A DNA stretch of 63,943 nucleotides, counting the filler, from Octopus bimaculoides (lineage: Eukaryota), in the NCBI RefSeq assembly GCF_001194135.2. It is 8 parts of 7 records of this genome, joined end to end, with 100 filler letters (N's around TTAATTAATTAA, not from the genome) between each part and the next. Parts side by side here need not be neighbours in the genome. Positions count along the whole stretch, not along the records: positions 32,468 to 48,002 come from NC_068981.1; positions 48,103 to 50,478 come from NC_068982.1; 6 more parts are not named here. One strand, given 5' to 3'. Under the pieces are notes generated by a model. That model was not told the origin of the DNA and searched no databases. It saw only the letters and a program-made list of their open reading frames with translations. Both the position numbers and the translations under genes were made by a program. Of this stretch, positions 36,777-50,578 are shown in pieces; the stretch's first letter is position 1, and each line of letters starts with the position of its first letter.

Positions 36777-37158
36777 GTGTGTGTGTGCATTAATGTGATT
36801 CTTTTCCCAAATAAACTGCACTTCATATTCAAGGCTCCGATCAGCCTATTAGGTGCTACTCAAACACTTAACTGTGATTCTACTGCATCCTATAGCAGAA
36901 ACACTTGTAAACATTTAATCCTTTGTCATCTTATTTTCTCAGTTATTTATCATAGGAAATGTTGTATATATATATATATACTAAAGTACTAAAGAAAACG
37001 TGCTTAGAGAGATTTAATAGAACTATGTCTCTTGATTTTTGAGTAATGCAATTTTGAGCTTACTAATAATATACTGAAGGAGTAATATCTAAAATATACC
37101 GGTTCAGATAACATCACTCTTTACAAATTATAACTTGCGAAGAATATGCACGATGCGA

Positions 37159-37196
<38 letters not shown>

Positions 37197-38049
37197 TAAT
37201 TTGATAAAAAGTTTCTTTTCATTTTTGTGAGGAAAACTTATATTTACTTAGATATACAAAGAGCCGAATATGTAACATACAGATCTTCGAATATCATTAT
37301 CTTTCGCAGGATTGTATTATATAAGTCATATGTATCAGTGTAAATGACACTTTTCTGACAGGAGATTAGTATATGCAGGGAGAATAGTGTTATCTAATGA
37401 CAATAGCGAACATTACGAAGAAATCTAATATTGTTGAATGAAGAGAAGGTTCTGCAATGTAACTAATTCATTGGAATATAAGTTTAAAATTGAATTATCA
37501 TAGTATAAAATTAAAGCGGATTAAAATAATGATAATGTGTAAATTTATAATCTGTTCAAATAGAAGAGTCTGATGAAAAGTCCTAATGATTTTAAATAAA
37601 AATAAACTTAGTGAAACTTATGAAACTTATTAAACTTAATAAATTGATTGTTTAAGTTGCAAGTTCAGTAATTGAATAAATTATAATTAATGGTGGGACG
37701 TTAATTGAGTCTAATGTTAAGCTATTAAATTAATCTATTAAAGGGTGGAACTCTACAAGATTCAGAATTACTATGATAGATGTACTTTCTATGATAGATC
37801 GTTATTGAATTGAAAGCTATGACGAATTTCACAAGTCGCTGCAATTAATGGAATTGTATTGCTGTTATTACTAAAAATAATATTTAAGTTAAATGTTTTC
37901 CATATGGGTAAAGGTCTATGTTATATGAAGTAAATGTTAATTGAAGTATATTAAGTTATGCAGCAAAATATTGTTGTGAGGTCTTTAAATAATTGTTTGG
38001 AAATATACAAAATTAGTTTGTTTCACTAATTTACGTAATATATTCTATC

Positions 38050-38159
38050 TTTTATCTTTCACTTGTTTCAGTAGATTGCAGCCGTGCTCCAGGCCTTGAA
38101 GGAGTTTTAGTCGAATGAAGTGACCTCAGTACAACTTTTGTACTTATTTTATTGGTCTC
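38050..38159 (-). mobile_element. SINE family A, 3' fragment
   Basis: tttcacttgtttcagtagattgcagccgtgctcc..ccttgaaggagttttagtcgaatg. Confidence 0.75.
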
Positions 38160-38335
38160 TGTTGTGTCGACGCCCCCAGGCGAAGAAGTAGGATCGCCCA
38201 AGACATATAAGTAGAGGTAGTCTGGCCATGGTAGAGGAGTCGAGTGACTGTTCAGTAGCTGTTGAGTAGCAGTCGTGTAGCGGCTGAGTAGAGATCATCC
38301 GAAGGTGCTAGATAGCGGTAGCTTGAGACATAACA
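38160..38335. mobile_element. Candidate solo LTR (176 bp)
   Basis: Begins TGTT and ends AACA; flanked on both sides by GTCTC (38155-59 and 38336-40); GC-richer than its flanks; TATA-like catataagtag. Confidence 0.55.
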
Positions 38336-40040
38336 GTCTCCATATACATTTCATAGGTCTTAAATTCATATTCTTGTAATATAATTCTTCTGCGTAGTCG
38401 TTTCCGCTTGGCGTTTTCATTATAAAAGTTAGACATATTATTGAAAACTTATTCATTTAGAGATAAAGTGTTTTAAGGATTCATTTTAAACAAGACCCTT
38501 AGAATTTTTTGAGTTACTGATTAACGTACGAATACATTGAAGTTTTTCTACTGTTTGTATTGTTCATATTGAAAGCCATCTAGGTTAAATATAACAAGAT
38601 AGTTGGTAAGTTTTGGATAAGCTTCAACAGTAATTGAGAAATCATTAAGAATTTTTTTAAATTATGGAAGATCAGGCATAATTAATATGAAGTACGAGGT
38701 TAAAGTTAAGTCCTAGTAAGAAATTATTCTCTTGATATAATGCACTTGAATTAAACTGGAATGTTATATAACGCGTTTAAATTATACAAAGCTACGATAT
38801 TACTGATCGCAAGTGACTCTTTTCAACCCATACTAACGATTGTTATTTTGTTTCATCTTTCTAAATACAGTTATCATAGTATTTTAAGTATGAAGGTATT
38901 GCCAATGCCTTTGTTTTCTTAGATAAGTGGGTATATAAAAATAGGTTCAGCAATTGTAAAATTGTGATCTTTGCGCTAAGTGCTAGATATATATCTAGGA
39001 TTTCATTAAACCATTATATTTGTATTATTCCAAAAGGGTAGTTGTGACCTATGCTTGATTTTGGAGATTGAAAACCCGAACATATGTTCAACTAATGGCT
39101 TATATATCAGTTTTAGAAAGATAATTATGTCTGATTGACAAGTGATTAGCATAACTGGAATGAAATGCTCTTCTTGTGTTACCAGCACTTCAAACTTATC
39201 ATTTAAATCTGGTTGCGTGATAATCGTTTTAGAAAAGTATTAGTATAGTTTAAGATGTCGTGAATTGTCTTCCATGTAAATTTGTAAGTGAAATTTAAAG
39301 ATGTTGTTGGTAGGTTTGTTTGTTGATTTCTTGAAGGTTTTTATTTGTTGTCTTTCATATAAAAATTTAAAGTTCTATTGTTTTTCGATATCTAATCCAA
39401 CATAATTATTTTGGTAATAGATATTTTCTCATTTTTTTTTTATTGATTTATCAATCAATAAATATTAAAGCTGACTTCGAGGTGGGAATTTATATCGATA
39501 GCTACTAGACACATTAATTGTTGTTGTTTGTCCTCGGTCAGTTCTGGTATGCACAATCCTATTGTGATAGAAGTTTCGGCCGTGACACTCATTATTATAA
39601 TTTTGTTGTTTCTGTAGTTGATATTTCTGGTAGGTCGAGAGATCTCGTAAAAGTTCTTTCGTTGGCTCGTCACCATTTATTCTGAGAAAATTATCTCCTC
39701 CGTAAATATTCTGAAGTTGTTCTTACAATTTGGCATTAAAGTCCAGATCAGCTCCCACTTCCATCGAATTTATGCTTCCAAAAATTTACTTAGAAAATCT
39801 CTGGAAATGTTTTCATTGCATATTGTTTTCAAGTCATTGCCTGGTTAATCTCAGTTGACCTCAGTTTTCCAACTCATATTTATTCCAGATGCCAATTCTT
39901 TCTTATGTGCATTTAATATCCTGGAAGCTTCCTCCTTTGAGCACTTAGTATAATGTTTAACTTAGTATAACTGGCGTGCCAGTATGTTATCACACCAGGC
40001 GATTTGGTGCAAATATTTCACAAGAGTTACGTTATTTGTA

Positions 40041-40380
40041 TCTTTTAATTTTTACTTGTTTCGGTCATTTGACTGCGGCCATGCGGTGTCACCGCCTTGA
40101 AGGATTTTAACTGAACAAATCGACCTCAGGACATTTTTAAGCTTAGTACTTATATTATCGGTCTCTTTTTGCCGAACTGCTAAGTTACAGGGACATAAAC
40201 ACACTGACACCGGTTGTCAAGCGGGAGTGGAGGACAAACACAGGCATAAATACACGCACACATCGACATGTACACATATATAAATATACGACCAGCTTCT
40301 TTTCAGTTTCCATCCACCAAATCCACGCAGAAAGCTTGATCGGCCCGAGGCAATAGTGGAAGACACTTATCCAATGTGCC
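40041..40380 (-). mobile_element. SINE family A
   Basis: gactgcggccatgcggtgtcaccgccttgaagg...tacgaccagcttctttcagtttcc...gaagacacttatcc. Confidence 0.85.
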
Positions 40381-40560
40381 TTAAACGTTCACGTTATGTA
40401 AAGTAAGTAAATTGTTAGAATGGGGAAGCATTTACGTTCATGTATATCACTGGTTATTACTTATAACACATATATTTCATAATGTTATACGGTAGTTCAA
40501 GAACTACTACACTACTGTTTCTATTTTTTTTTAACCAATAAGAGTGACCGACTAGCTTAT

Positions 40561-40952
40561 AAACTATCTTATTCTAGCTTCCATAAATAACAACTACACA
40601 CATCTTTTTGTATTTTTTCCAACGCCTGGATAAGATTTGTCAGATAAAATATCCCTCGGAAATTGCTTATAGACGATTGATCGTGTATAAGTTCTCTGAA
40701 CGATACCAGTCCTGCTTTCCCTGCTCCTTTTACAGCCACCATCATAAGAAATGTTAAACTATCCTACTCTACCTTCCATAAATAGCAACCGTACACATCT
40801 TTTTATATTTTCCCAACGCCTGGATAAGATTTGTCAGATAAAATTTCTCTCGGAAATTACTTATAGACGATTCATCGTGTATAAGTTCTCTGAACGATAC
40901 CAGTCCTGCTTTCCCTGCTCCTTTTGCAGCCACCATCGTCAGAAATGTTAAA
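40561..40952 (+). repeat. Tandem duplication of a ~195-bp unit (2 copies)
   Basis: aaactatc...ccaacgcctggataagatttgtcagataaaat...gatacc agtcctgctttccctgctcc...agaaatgtt occurs at 40561 and 40756, about 90% identical by eye. Confidence 0.9.
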
Positions 40953-41239
40953 TGCTGAGGCGGCAACTCATCTTCTCGTGTAATCTAGTAGCTAAGATAT
41001 CAAGACTGTAAAAATGAACAGAATCGAATAGAGAAGATATACTTGCAGTGATAGGGTGCTCTTTTATATGCAGACTTGCTGCTATCATATCCGATGCAAC
41101 GTGCATATTTCTAACAATGCATGTGCACAGCTTAGTTTCTTTTTACTTAGTAACCGTCAAATACGCTGGAAAGGAATACTTGGATTCTAAAAGTCCAGAC
41201 TAAACTGTCATGTCCAATTATTACGCTGACTTCTCCCAG

Positions 41240-41407
41240 ACATAGTCAAGATGGTGTGTTAGAAGGTGAACGTGATATGAAAGACAAATTCAGTAGAAAA
41301 CGGTTGTCGTCTCGACTAAGCTGATTAAAGGCGGCACATGAGACACTGGACCCACTTTCACGAATGTTCTCCGATAGACGGAAGATAGTTAATGATGATA
41401 CAACTAC
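41240..41407 (+). other. Candidate exon (acceptor and strong donor), frame closing at 41324
   Basis: gacttctcccag|A CAT AGT... HSQDGVLEGERDMKDKFSRKRLSSRLS*; donor TAC|GTAAGT at 41408. Confidence 0.22.
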
Positions 41408-42065
41408 GTAAGTGATGGCTGGAGGAGTTTATTTCCATACTCATTCTTTCTCTTTCTTTATCTCTCTCTCTCTCTCTTTCTCTTTCTATTTCTCCTCAAT
41501 TCACTCTTTCTCTCCCTCTTATTCTCTCCACCACAACTACGGTAATTTTCTCTCAATTTTTCTACACACTCTCTCAGTCTCTTTACCTCTATTTCTCTCA
41601 CTCTCATATACACATAATTTCGCAGTCGTTCATTCACTCTCTCACTCCGCATTCTCTCTCCTTCTTGCGATAAAAGAAACAAAAGGAGATTATATAAAAG
41701 TATTCATATTTCATGTATGGTTTCTCTTATTGGGTTTTCTACTTTCACTTTAGTCATGTCTCCTTCTTTCACTAAGGATGTTTTAACATATCCGAATACA
41801 TACAGTTGGAAAATAATTAAATCAAGCAAGAAGAGTTTGATGAAGGAAAAAAGCCGATCTTAAAGTGTAAATATGTGCATTTATCTGCAAAAGCATGTAC
41901 TCTATATGTTTGCATGTATTTACGTTTGCATAGATACAAGCATCATTCTAAACATATATACGTGTGTGCATTGTACCTTTACATATAGATGTGCGTGTGT
42001 ATGTGTATACGCATGTATGCATACATATAGACATATACATATATATACATATATATATGTATAAA

Positions 42066-42147
<82 letters not shown>

Positions 42148-43026
42148 NNNNNNNNNNNNNNNNNNNNNNNNNNNNNNNNNNNNNNNNNNNNNNNNNNNNN
42201 NNNNNNNNNNNNNNNNNNNNNNNNNNNNNNNNNNNNNNNNNNNNNNNNNNNNNNNNNNNNNNNNNNNNNNNNNNNNNNNNNNNNNNNNNNNNNNNNNNNN
42301 NNNNNNNNNNNNNNNNNNNNNNNNNNNNNNNNNNNNNNNNNNNNNNNNNNNNNNNNNNNNNNNNNNNNNNNNNNNNNNNNNATATATATATATATATATA
42401 TATATGTACATATATATACATATATATATATTTATGTATATGTATACATATCGTATATTTTCACTCATATATATAAATATATATACATATATATATACAT
42501 TTATATATATACATATATATACATAGCTATACGCATATGGAGATACGTTTGTATACAATATATTAAAAAATGACTACGAGTACATCAATAAATGTATTTA
42601 CGTTTTGCATTAAGCTCGTGTATGTAAGTATACACTAACACAAATACATATAATATATAAGTTTGTATGTATGTACATGAGTGAAAATATACGATATGTA
42701 TTTTACAAATGGCAATAATAATGTTTAGTGTAAATATATGAATATTGTTTGCGTAATTATGAGTGTACATATGCATGTGTCGGCGAGTGTGTACATATAT
42801 GTGTGTGCGTGTGTGTTTGTGTGTTCGTGCGTGCGTGCGTACATGTGTGTGTGTGTATGTTTTTGTAAGGTTATACGTATAGCTTTTATATTTATGCATG
42901 GATATGTGTTTGCAGAAAGAGACTAAACAGAAATAAAATGGACACTGAATTTCGGACAAGTATGTGTGTGAGTGTGTGTGTATGTATGTATGTGAGTGTG
43001 TGTGTATGTGAGTATGTGTGTATATA

Positions 43027-43086
<60 letters not shown>

Positions 43087-43580
43087 GATATGTATATACA
43101 TGATATATATTACACACATAAATACATATGCAAACATTTACATATATATACCTGTATATATATATGTGTGTGTGTATGTATATATGAATATATATATATG
43201 TGGGGTGGGGTGTACAGGGGAAATATACACATGCACACCAACTAAAATCCATGTGTACTAGAAGAAATATATGCTGAAGATGTATTCTGTGTGTATTAAA
43301 GTGTAATCCACAATGACATAAAAACCTACACATCACACGCACACACACACTTACACGCACTCACACTTATGTACTTCTGTATGTAATGTATGTATACATG
43401 TATATATGTGTGTGCGGTTACGCGTCTGTGTATGTGTGTGTGTGTGTGTGTGTATGTGTGTGTGTGTGTAAAGTAACTATATATGAACATACGAAAGCAA
43501 TATATGCATCTGTACGCCTAATAATAGATATGTTCTCGAGTGTGTATGCGTGTGTGCATATATGTACATACACACACATG

Positions 43581-43611
<31 letters not shown>

Positions 43612-43619
43612 ACACACAT

Positions 43620-43663
43620 ATATATATATATACATAGAGAGAGAGAAAGTGAGAGAGAAAAAG

Positions 43664-43719
<56 letters not shown>

Positions 43720-43751
43720 TCATTGATTGACAGACAGACAGACAGACAGTC

Positions 43752-43814
<63 letters not shown>

Positions 43815-43815
43815 C
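43620..43815. repeat. (GA)n/(GATA)n/(GACA)n compound microsatellite (similar arrays at 45330-45375 and 60640-60775)
   Basis: Directly visible. Confidence 0.95.
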
Positions 43816-45047
43816 ATCGCTGTGAAAGAAATAGTGAGCTATGAATATAGTTATTCGTCAAAATATATTAAGAAAATTAATTCTGAATCTCTACATTTAC
43901 AGTTCCAAATATGTCTTGCTTTTGCAGTGTTTCGTAATACGCTGTGGTGGTTTAGCAAATTTCTGAATATGGGTGATTTGAATATATTTACAAGAACTGG
44001 TCGGCCGCGTAAAGGATATTCGATCGAATCTCCTGCGAGTCAACATAGGATCCCTCGTCGATATTGTCAACTTCTTTTGATTAAGGTATCTTTCGCTCGA
44101 CGAATAACTAGCAGATTACCCTTCGTTTGGATAACAACTGCATTCGTGATTCTTCTAGCTATGAAATTTTGTCCTAAATTTTGTCTTTTCTTATATATAT
44201 ATGAATTTTGTCTACTCTAATATATTTATGAAATTTAATCAGCTCTAATATAATAACTACCTACATATAATATACTGACTACATATCCCTAATATATATA
44301 TATACTTCGTGTATTTTCCACTGGCTGCAATAGCGTGGTAGAATATATATACTCTCAAAGCACCTGGTGTTAAAATACCTCGCAGTCATGCATGGGAACT
44401 CACCTTCAATCCCATTTGGGAGTGATGGACACCAGGTGCTTCGCCATTTTTGTGGCTTGTCAACATCACGTACCCCCTCCTTNNNNNNNNNNNNNNNNNN
44501 NNNNNNNNNNNNNNCAGGTTTGAAGCCAAGTCGCCTAGCCAATCCACGACTTATATGCACATGGATTGGAAAACCATGGGCTGGCATGGTTGTAACAACA
44601 CTTTAAGAGAAGAGTTTGAGTATAAAATATATCCTGGAAGGCAGGGATGGGTTGTAAAATAGGAGATGAGTATTTGCGTCAAACAGAGAAATAGGTTGTG
44701 GGGTTTGCATGAACATAAAAGTCGATGTGTGGGATCGAAGTTAGAGAGGTCTCGAATAGTTTTGAAGGTGAGTGAGAATTAGCGAGTGGATTTGGACTTA
44801 TTTTTCCGTCTTAGGGAGAATAGATTAACTGTGCATAGAATGTGTATGGTGTGTGGACAAGCCACGAAAATCTTCACTCCGGAGGACTTGTCCGGATGTT
44901 TGTAACGGAGATGATTCCACTAAATGCGCCTAAGGGACAGAAGAGCAGGTGTTGTCAAACCGGACCGTGTGATGCTCTTACCGCGCCCTAAAGCGTATAA
45001 GTGCATATAAGTATACACACAAACACACACATACATACATACATACA

Positions 45048-45083
<36 letters not shown>

Positions 45084-45330
45084 TATNNNNNNNNNNNNNN
45101 NNNNNNNNNNNNNNNNNNNNNNNNNNNNNNNNNNNNNNNNNNNNNNNNNNNNNNNNNNNNNNNNNNNNNNNNNNNNNNNNNNNNNNNNNNNNNNNNNNNN
45201 NNNNNNNNNNNNNNNNNNNNNATTATTACCTTTGATGGTTTTTAGTCCCATGCTGACCACTTGATAAGATCAATATTTTAAATATCGATCTTATCCTTAT
45301 TTATATAAATCATATATATATATATATAGG

Positions 45331-45376
<46 letters not shown>

Positions 45377-45398
45377 TACATGCACACACACATACACA

Positions 45399-45474
<76 letters not shown>

Positions 45475-46369
45475 TGATGTCTATTCTATTTATCTAGCTA
45501 TCTATTTTCTATCAATCTCTCACTCTCTCCCTCCCTCCCTCCTTTTCACTCGCTTCTTTATACATATAATACCTATATATCCCTTCACTTTGTCCTTTAT
45601 TTTACCGTCATTTTTATTCTGTTTCCTTTAGTTTACAGATATCTCATGTTCCTTTTCTGATAAAATAGATAATAGTAACGCAATGGGTTCATTAAAAAAA
45701 GAAAAAAAGCAGAAGTTTATATTCCGGTAATGTAAATATTTAATTTGAGCATAAGTTTCTTTAGTCACTTTTTTGTTTTGCTGTTGTCTCTAAGGTCGCT
45801 GATGTTGTTTTCGTTGTTCTTTAACCACAACACCCCATCTAGCCTAGCTATGATCAAGGGTATTCCGGCCATAACTATTCTGGCAGAGCGCTGAACTAGA
45901 CATTTCATACGAGATTACTAAAATAGTTTGCGCTCTGTAACTGAAGCGGTTCAGTTATTTAATCCCCGTTCCTGTTAAGCGTAAGTCAACGAGATAACTA
46001 TTATAATCCTATCAATAATAGTGGCGTTTTGATAGTTAAAACTGACAGTTGTGAGAGTAAAAGCGCCATGTTCTTAAATAGAATCCAGAAGGCACAGCCG
46101 TAGCCTTTTACCTTTCTGTGATACCTGTGTTGAATAAATGTATTTTACTATATACGTCGGATCGTCCCAAGTCTTGAGAGTGACGTTAGCCAGACAGAAA
46201 CTGTGTAAAAGAAGGTTCCTGTAATTCAAAGGACCTGCTTCGAATTCAAAGTAATGGAAACACGAATTAAAATCTTATAAAATAATTGAACCTACACTGT
46301 TCTTCTTGTTACTTAATTTATTGACTATCGACGCAGATTTCTAGTAGTGCCAGGCCAGACAATATTGAT

Positions 46370-46575
46370 GGATGCGAGCTGGCAGAATCTTTAGCACGCC
46401 GGGCAAAATGCTTAACGATATTTCGTCCGTCTTTACGTTCTGAGTTCAAATTCAGCCGAGGTCGACATCGCCTTTCTGAGCCAATAAAATAAGTACTAGT
46501 TGAACACTGGAGTCATTCTAATCGACTTATACCGACTCCTGAAATCGCTGGCCTTGTGCCAAAATTTGAAACTAA
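46370..46575 (+). mobile_element. SINE family B
   Basis: gagctggcagaatctttagcacgccgggcaaaatgcttaacg...ctgagttcaaattcagccgaggtcgac. Confidence 0.9.
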
Positions 46576-47959
46576 TTTTGATGGGAAGAGTAGAATCATT
46601 ACATATCGTCGCCAGTATTTGGCTGGTACTTTATATTATTGCTTCATCCAACCCTCGTAATGCAAAGTCCATCCCAGTAATAGTTGAATGCAGAGCGTAA
46701 ATCGATATAACTAAATGCGTCAAGGCATTTTATCCTGCACTTTCACTCCACCAGCCTAGGAAATCAATATTAAAAAGAAGATAACCGTTGGAGTACGTTA
46801 TTTTCTAATTAATACTGTAAACGTGTGATTTATTGCTGAAGTTTATTTTTAATTAAAGAAACATTCGGCAATTAAGCAGAAAGACGTATACAGGCGAGGG
46901 TAATTGATAAAAGGAAAGTTGTTTAATTTTCACATAAAATTTATTCAAACAACTTAAGTAATATTGATGTTTTCTCTCGATAACATAAGTAATAGCCTGG
47001 CTAATGCAGTGGGGTGTGTATTTATTCTATCAACACTACAATAATGATAATAATTATTTATATTTCTCATTGATGCTTGATGTAATTTATAATTTACTGT
47101 TAAATCGGCTATATAAATATGGAGTGTTAAAAATGAAACAAAAATATCTCTACTATGACGATGACACTTTTTTTATTATATTTAAGCGATATACGCGCTG
47201 TTTGAGACAGTCTCACATATATTATGCTACTGTTGCTTTAGGCGAATCTCTTATGCCAAAGCGTCGAGTAGTTCAAAATCTTGTCAAGTGAAAATTGACA
47301 AGATTTTGGCTGAAAAGAAATTGGCTAAAAAGAAATTGTGTGGAAAGCTATCTGATAGATTATGCATGTCTTTAGGTAGTAGGCTTTATTTATCTCTAGA
47401 TTTAACACTATCGTCTGGCCATTTCCTGTCTTCAGCGAACTCTACTCAGTTGTGAGGATTTGCATCAGATCTAAAACAAGGCGATAGAGGCGCTGAGTCA
47501 TACTACACTAAGCCCACTGAGACAGTGGGAAAAGCTCTAGATGAGTTTTCAGTCTGCTGGAAAGAGCAACCAAATCTCCCTACCCGCCATCAAACCTCAC
47601 TGTCTTGCAAAAGAGAAGATACTAAGATAATACAATCACAGATACCCTAAATCTGAAAAGAACGATGCGATAGTCAAGGCTGGAATACCTTTGATTATGG
47701 AGATGCTTAAAGGGCTTAGGGCTAAACACAACAACAGAGGATATTTGTGTAGTGATATTTGTGTATTTCCTCTTTCCATTATCAACCTTAGGGTCGTACA
47801 AGTCATGGGCATTTTTTGTAGCTTTCTTATGTTCGCACGATCCATTTCTGTCCTTTCACCTACTTCATGTTTGCCACACAGACGTGAGTGGTTAACTTGA
47901 ACTCTTGGTCTGTGATCACTTTTTCATTAAAATGATACTAGGTTTACAAATATACGTAC

Positions 47960-48002
<43 letters not shown>

Positions 48003-48148
48003 NNNNNNNNNNNNNNNNNNNNNNNNNNNNNNNNNNNNNNNNNNNNTTAATTAATTAANNNNNNNNNNNNNNNNNNNNNNNNNNNNNNNNNNNNNNNNNN
48101 NNCACACACACACATGTATATTTATATATATATATATACATACATACA

Positions 48149-48186
<38 letters not shown>

Positions 48187-48604
48187 ATATATATACACAT
48201 ACATACAGACATACATATGCATATACACATGTATATATCAGAATTGTTTATTTGCACATAACTTACTCAATACCGTCCTGGGGAGATTCTAACGGGGAGA
48301 GGTTGTTTTGTGGTAACTGGAGAGTTTAATATGCAAAACACATAAACATGTAAACATGCCAAGACGAAGAAACTGTGTAGGGAGTAGTGGGGGCGAGAAT
48401 TAGAGAGTGCGAGTACGTGTGTTCACCTGAATGTGTGTGTGAGTGAGCGTGGTTGTATCTATGTGTGTGTTTAGGTCTCTACTGTTACATACGAAATTAG
48501 TTACATAACAACGCAGCAGAAACTGTGACCTGTGAAAAATAAAACTTATAACTGTTTTTCTTATAATATAGCAGTTGTATTATTGGTACAAATCTGTGTC
48601 ATCC

Positions 48605-48790
48605 AAAATGGTGCAATAGTGGTTAAGCTGTTTGCTGCCCTATGACCATGAGATCGTGGGTTCACGTCCTCGAACAGCTTACGCATTGTTTTATTTATTT
48701 TAACTAAGACATTTCATTTCATGCTGTTCTAAAGTACTCAGCTGAAAATGAGTACTAAGCACGTGCATGTGTAGTCCTCTGCTCCCAGCT
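48605..48790 (+). mobile_element. Old tRNA-derived SINE with a CORE-like central domain
   Basis: A-box tggtgcaatagtggttaag, B-box-like gggttcacgtcc, central gtactcagctgaaaatgagtac. Confidence 0.5.
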
Positions 48791-48908
48791 GTCACATCAT
48801 AGATATTCGGTTGAGTCAAGGGTGAGGAAGCCGAGGGGCTGTCTATATTTGCTCGCGACTACATAAGCACCTACAACGATCTACGTATATAAATAAATAT
48901 ATAACTGA

Positions 48909-48951
<43 letters not shown>

Positions 48952-50364
48952 TAGTTATTAATATTTCTAAGTCTCTCTAAAGGAGACTACTGCAGCGGTA
49001 CTGGAAATTAATAGTTATCGCCAAGCCAACATGGCAGTCCCAAAATTAGGACGAAAGCTGCCGTGAATTAGCTCCAAGATGGCGATGACTTCTTGGAGNN
49101 NNNNNNNNNNNNNNNNNNNNNNNNNNNNNNNNNNNNNNNNNNNNNNNNNNNNNNNNNNNNNNNNNNNNNNNNNNNNNNNNNNNNNNNNNNNNNNNNNNNN
49201 NNNNNNNNNNNNNNNNNNNNNNNNNNNNNNNNNNNNNNNNNNNNNNNNNNNNNNNNNNNNNNNNNNNNNNNNNNNNNNNNNNNNNNNNNNNNNNNNNNNN
49301 NNNNNNNNNNNNNNNNNNNNNNNNNNNNNNNNNNNNNNNNNNNNNNNNNNNNNNNNNNNNNNNNNNNNNNNNNNNNNNNNNNNNNNNNNNNNNNNNNNNN
49401 NNNNNNNNNNNNNNNNNNNNNNNNNNNNNNNNNNNNNNNNNNNNNNNNNNNNNNNNNNNNNNNNNNNNNNNNNNNNNNNNNNNNNNNNNNNNNNNNNNNN
49501 NNNNNNNNNNNNNNNNNNNNNNNNNNNNNNNNNNNNNNNNNNNNNNNNNNNNNNNNNNNNNNNNNNNNNNNNNNNNNNNNNNNNNNNNNNNNNNNNNNNN
49601 NNNNNNNNNNNNNNNNNNNNNNNNNNNNNNNNNNNNNNNNNNNNNNNNNNNNNNNNNNNNNNNNNNNNNNNNNNNNNNNNNNNNNNNNNNNNNNNNNNNN
49701 NNNNNNNNNNNNNNNNNNNNNNNNNNNNNNNNNNNNNNNNNNNNNNNNNNNNNNNNNNNNNNNNNNNNNNNNNNNNNNNNNNNNNNNNNNNNNNNNNNNN
49801 NNNNNNNNNNNNNNNNNNNNNNNNNNNNNNNNNNNNNNNNNNNNNNNNNNNNNNNNNNNNNNNNNNNNNNNNNNNNNNNNNNNNNNNNNNNNNNNNNNNN
49901 NNNNNNNNNNNNNNNNNNNNNATATATATATATATATATATACACGTTTATATATTTGTTTTGCAAGATTCTTGATATGAAATCGTGTGTTGAACAGATA
50001 CTGTTATACTTAGCTCTCCACATTCAATCATTCCATCTTTGAACTTCTTTGCTTTAAGATCTCAAATGTAAGATCTCTTCTCTAAAGAAATCTTACATTT
50101 CGTCTCATCCTATGTTAAATGCATCCATTCGGCCGCATTCTCTGATGGAATTGATCTACAAACGTTATTATGGTTCGCCAAACCCTCAGAAACAGCTGTT
50201 GGGTTGTAATACCTTTCTTCTACTCTTTTAATTTTCTATATAATTTGTACTCTGTGTAAGTTGAATCTTTTTACGTGTATACATATATATATATTGTATT
50301 TCATGTATTTAATATACTTTATATAATGATCTGTCTAATTCGCTTATCCCCACATTTGCTTCTA

Positions 50365-50478
50365 TTCTTCTTCTTCTTCTTCTTCTTCTTCTTCTTCTTC
50401 TTCTTCTTCTTCTTCTTCTTCTTCTTCTTCTTCTTCTTCTTCTTCTTCTTCTTCTTCTTCTTCTTCTTCTTCTTCTTC
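50365..50478. repeat. (CTT)n microsatellite
   Basis: Directly visible; explains the poly-F ORF. Confidence 0.98.
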
Positions 50479-50578
50479 NNNNNNNNNNNNNNNNNNNNNN
50501 NNNNNNNNNNNNNNNNNNNNNNTTAATTAATTAANNNNNNNNNNNNNNNNNNNNNNNNNNNNNNNNNNNNNNNNNNNN

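Noticed and set aside
37566-37625. CTGATGA...GAAAC in AT-rich DNA
   Set aside because: No pairable helix I or III; expected by chance.
38340-40030. Long AT-rich stretches (also 23700-25400 and 59800-60600) suggestive of decayed Penelope or CR1-type ORFs
   Set aside because: No unambiguous conserved motif could be read, so they are left unclassified.
40900-40945. CTGACGA...GAAA on the minus strand of the second tandem unit
   Set aside because: Six unpaired nucleotides before helix II, no helix III or NUH site, and the motif is absent from the first unit.
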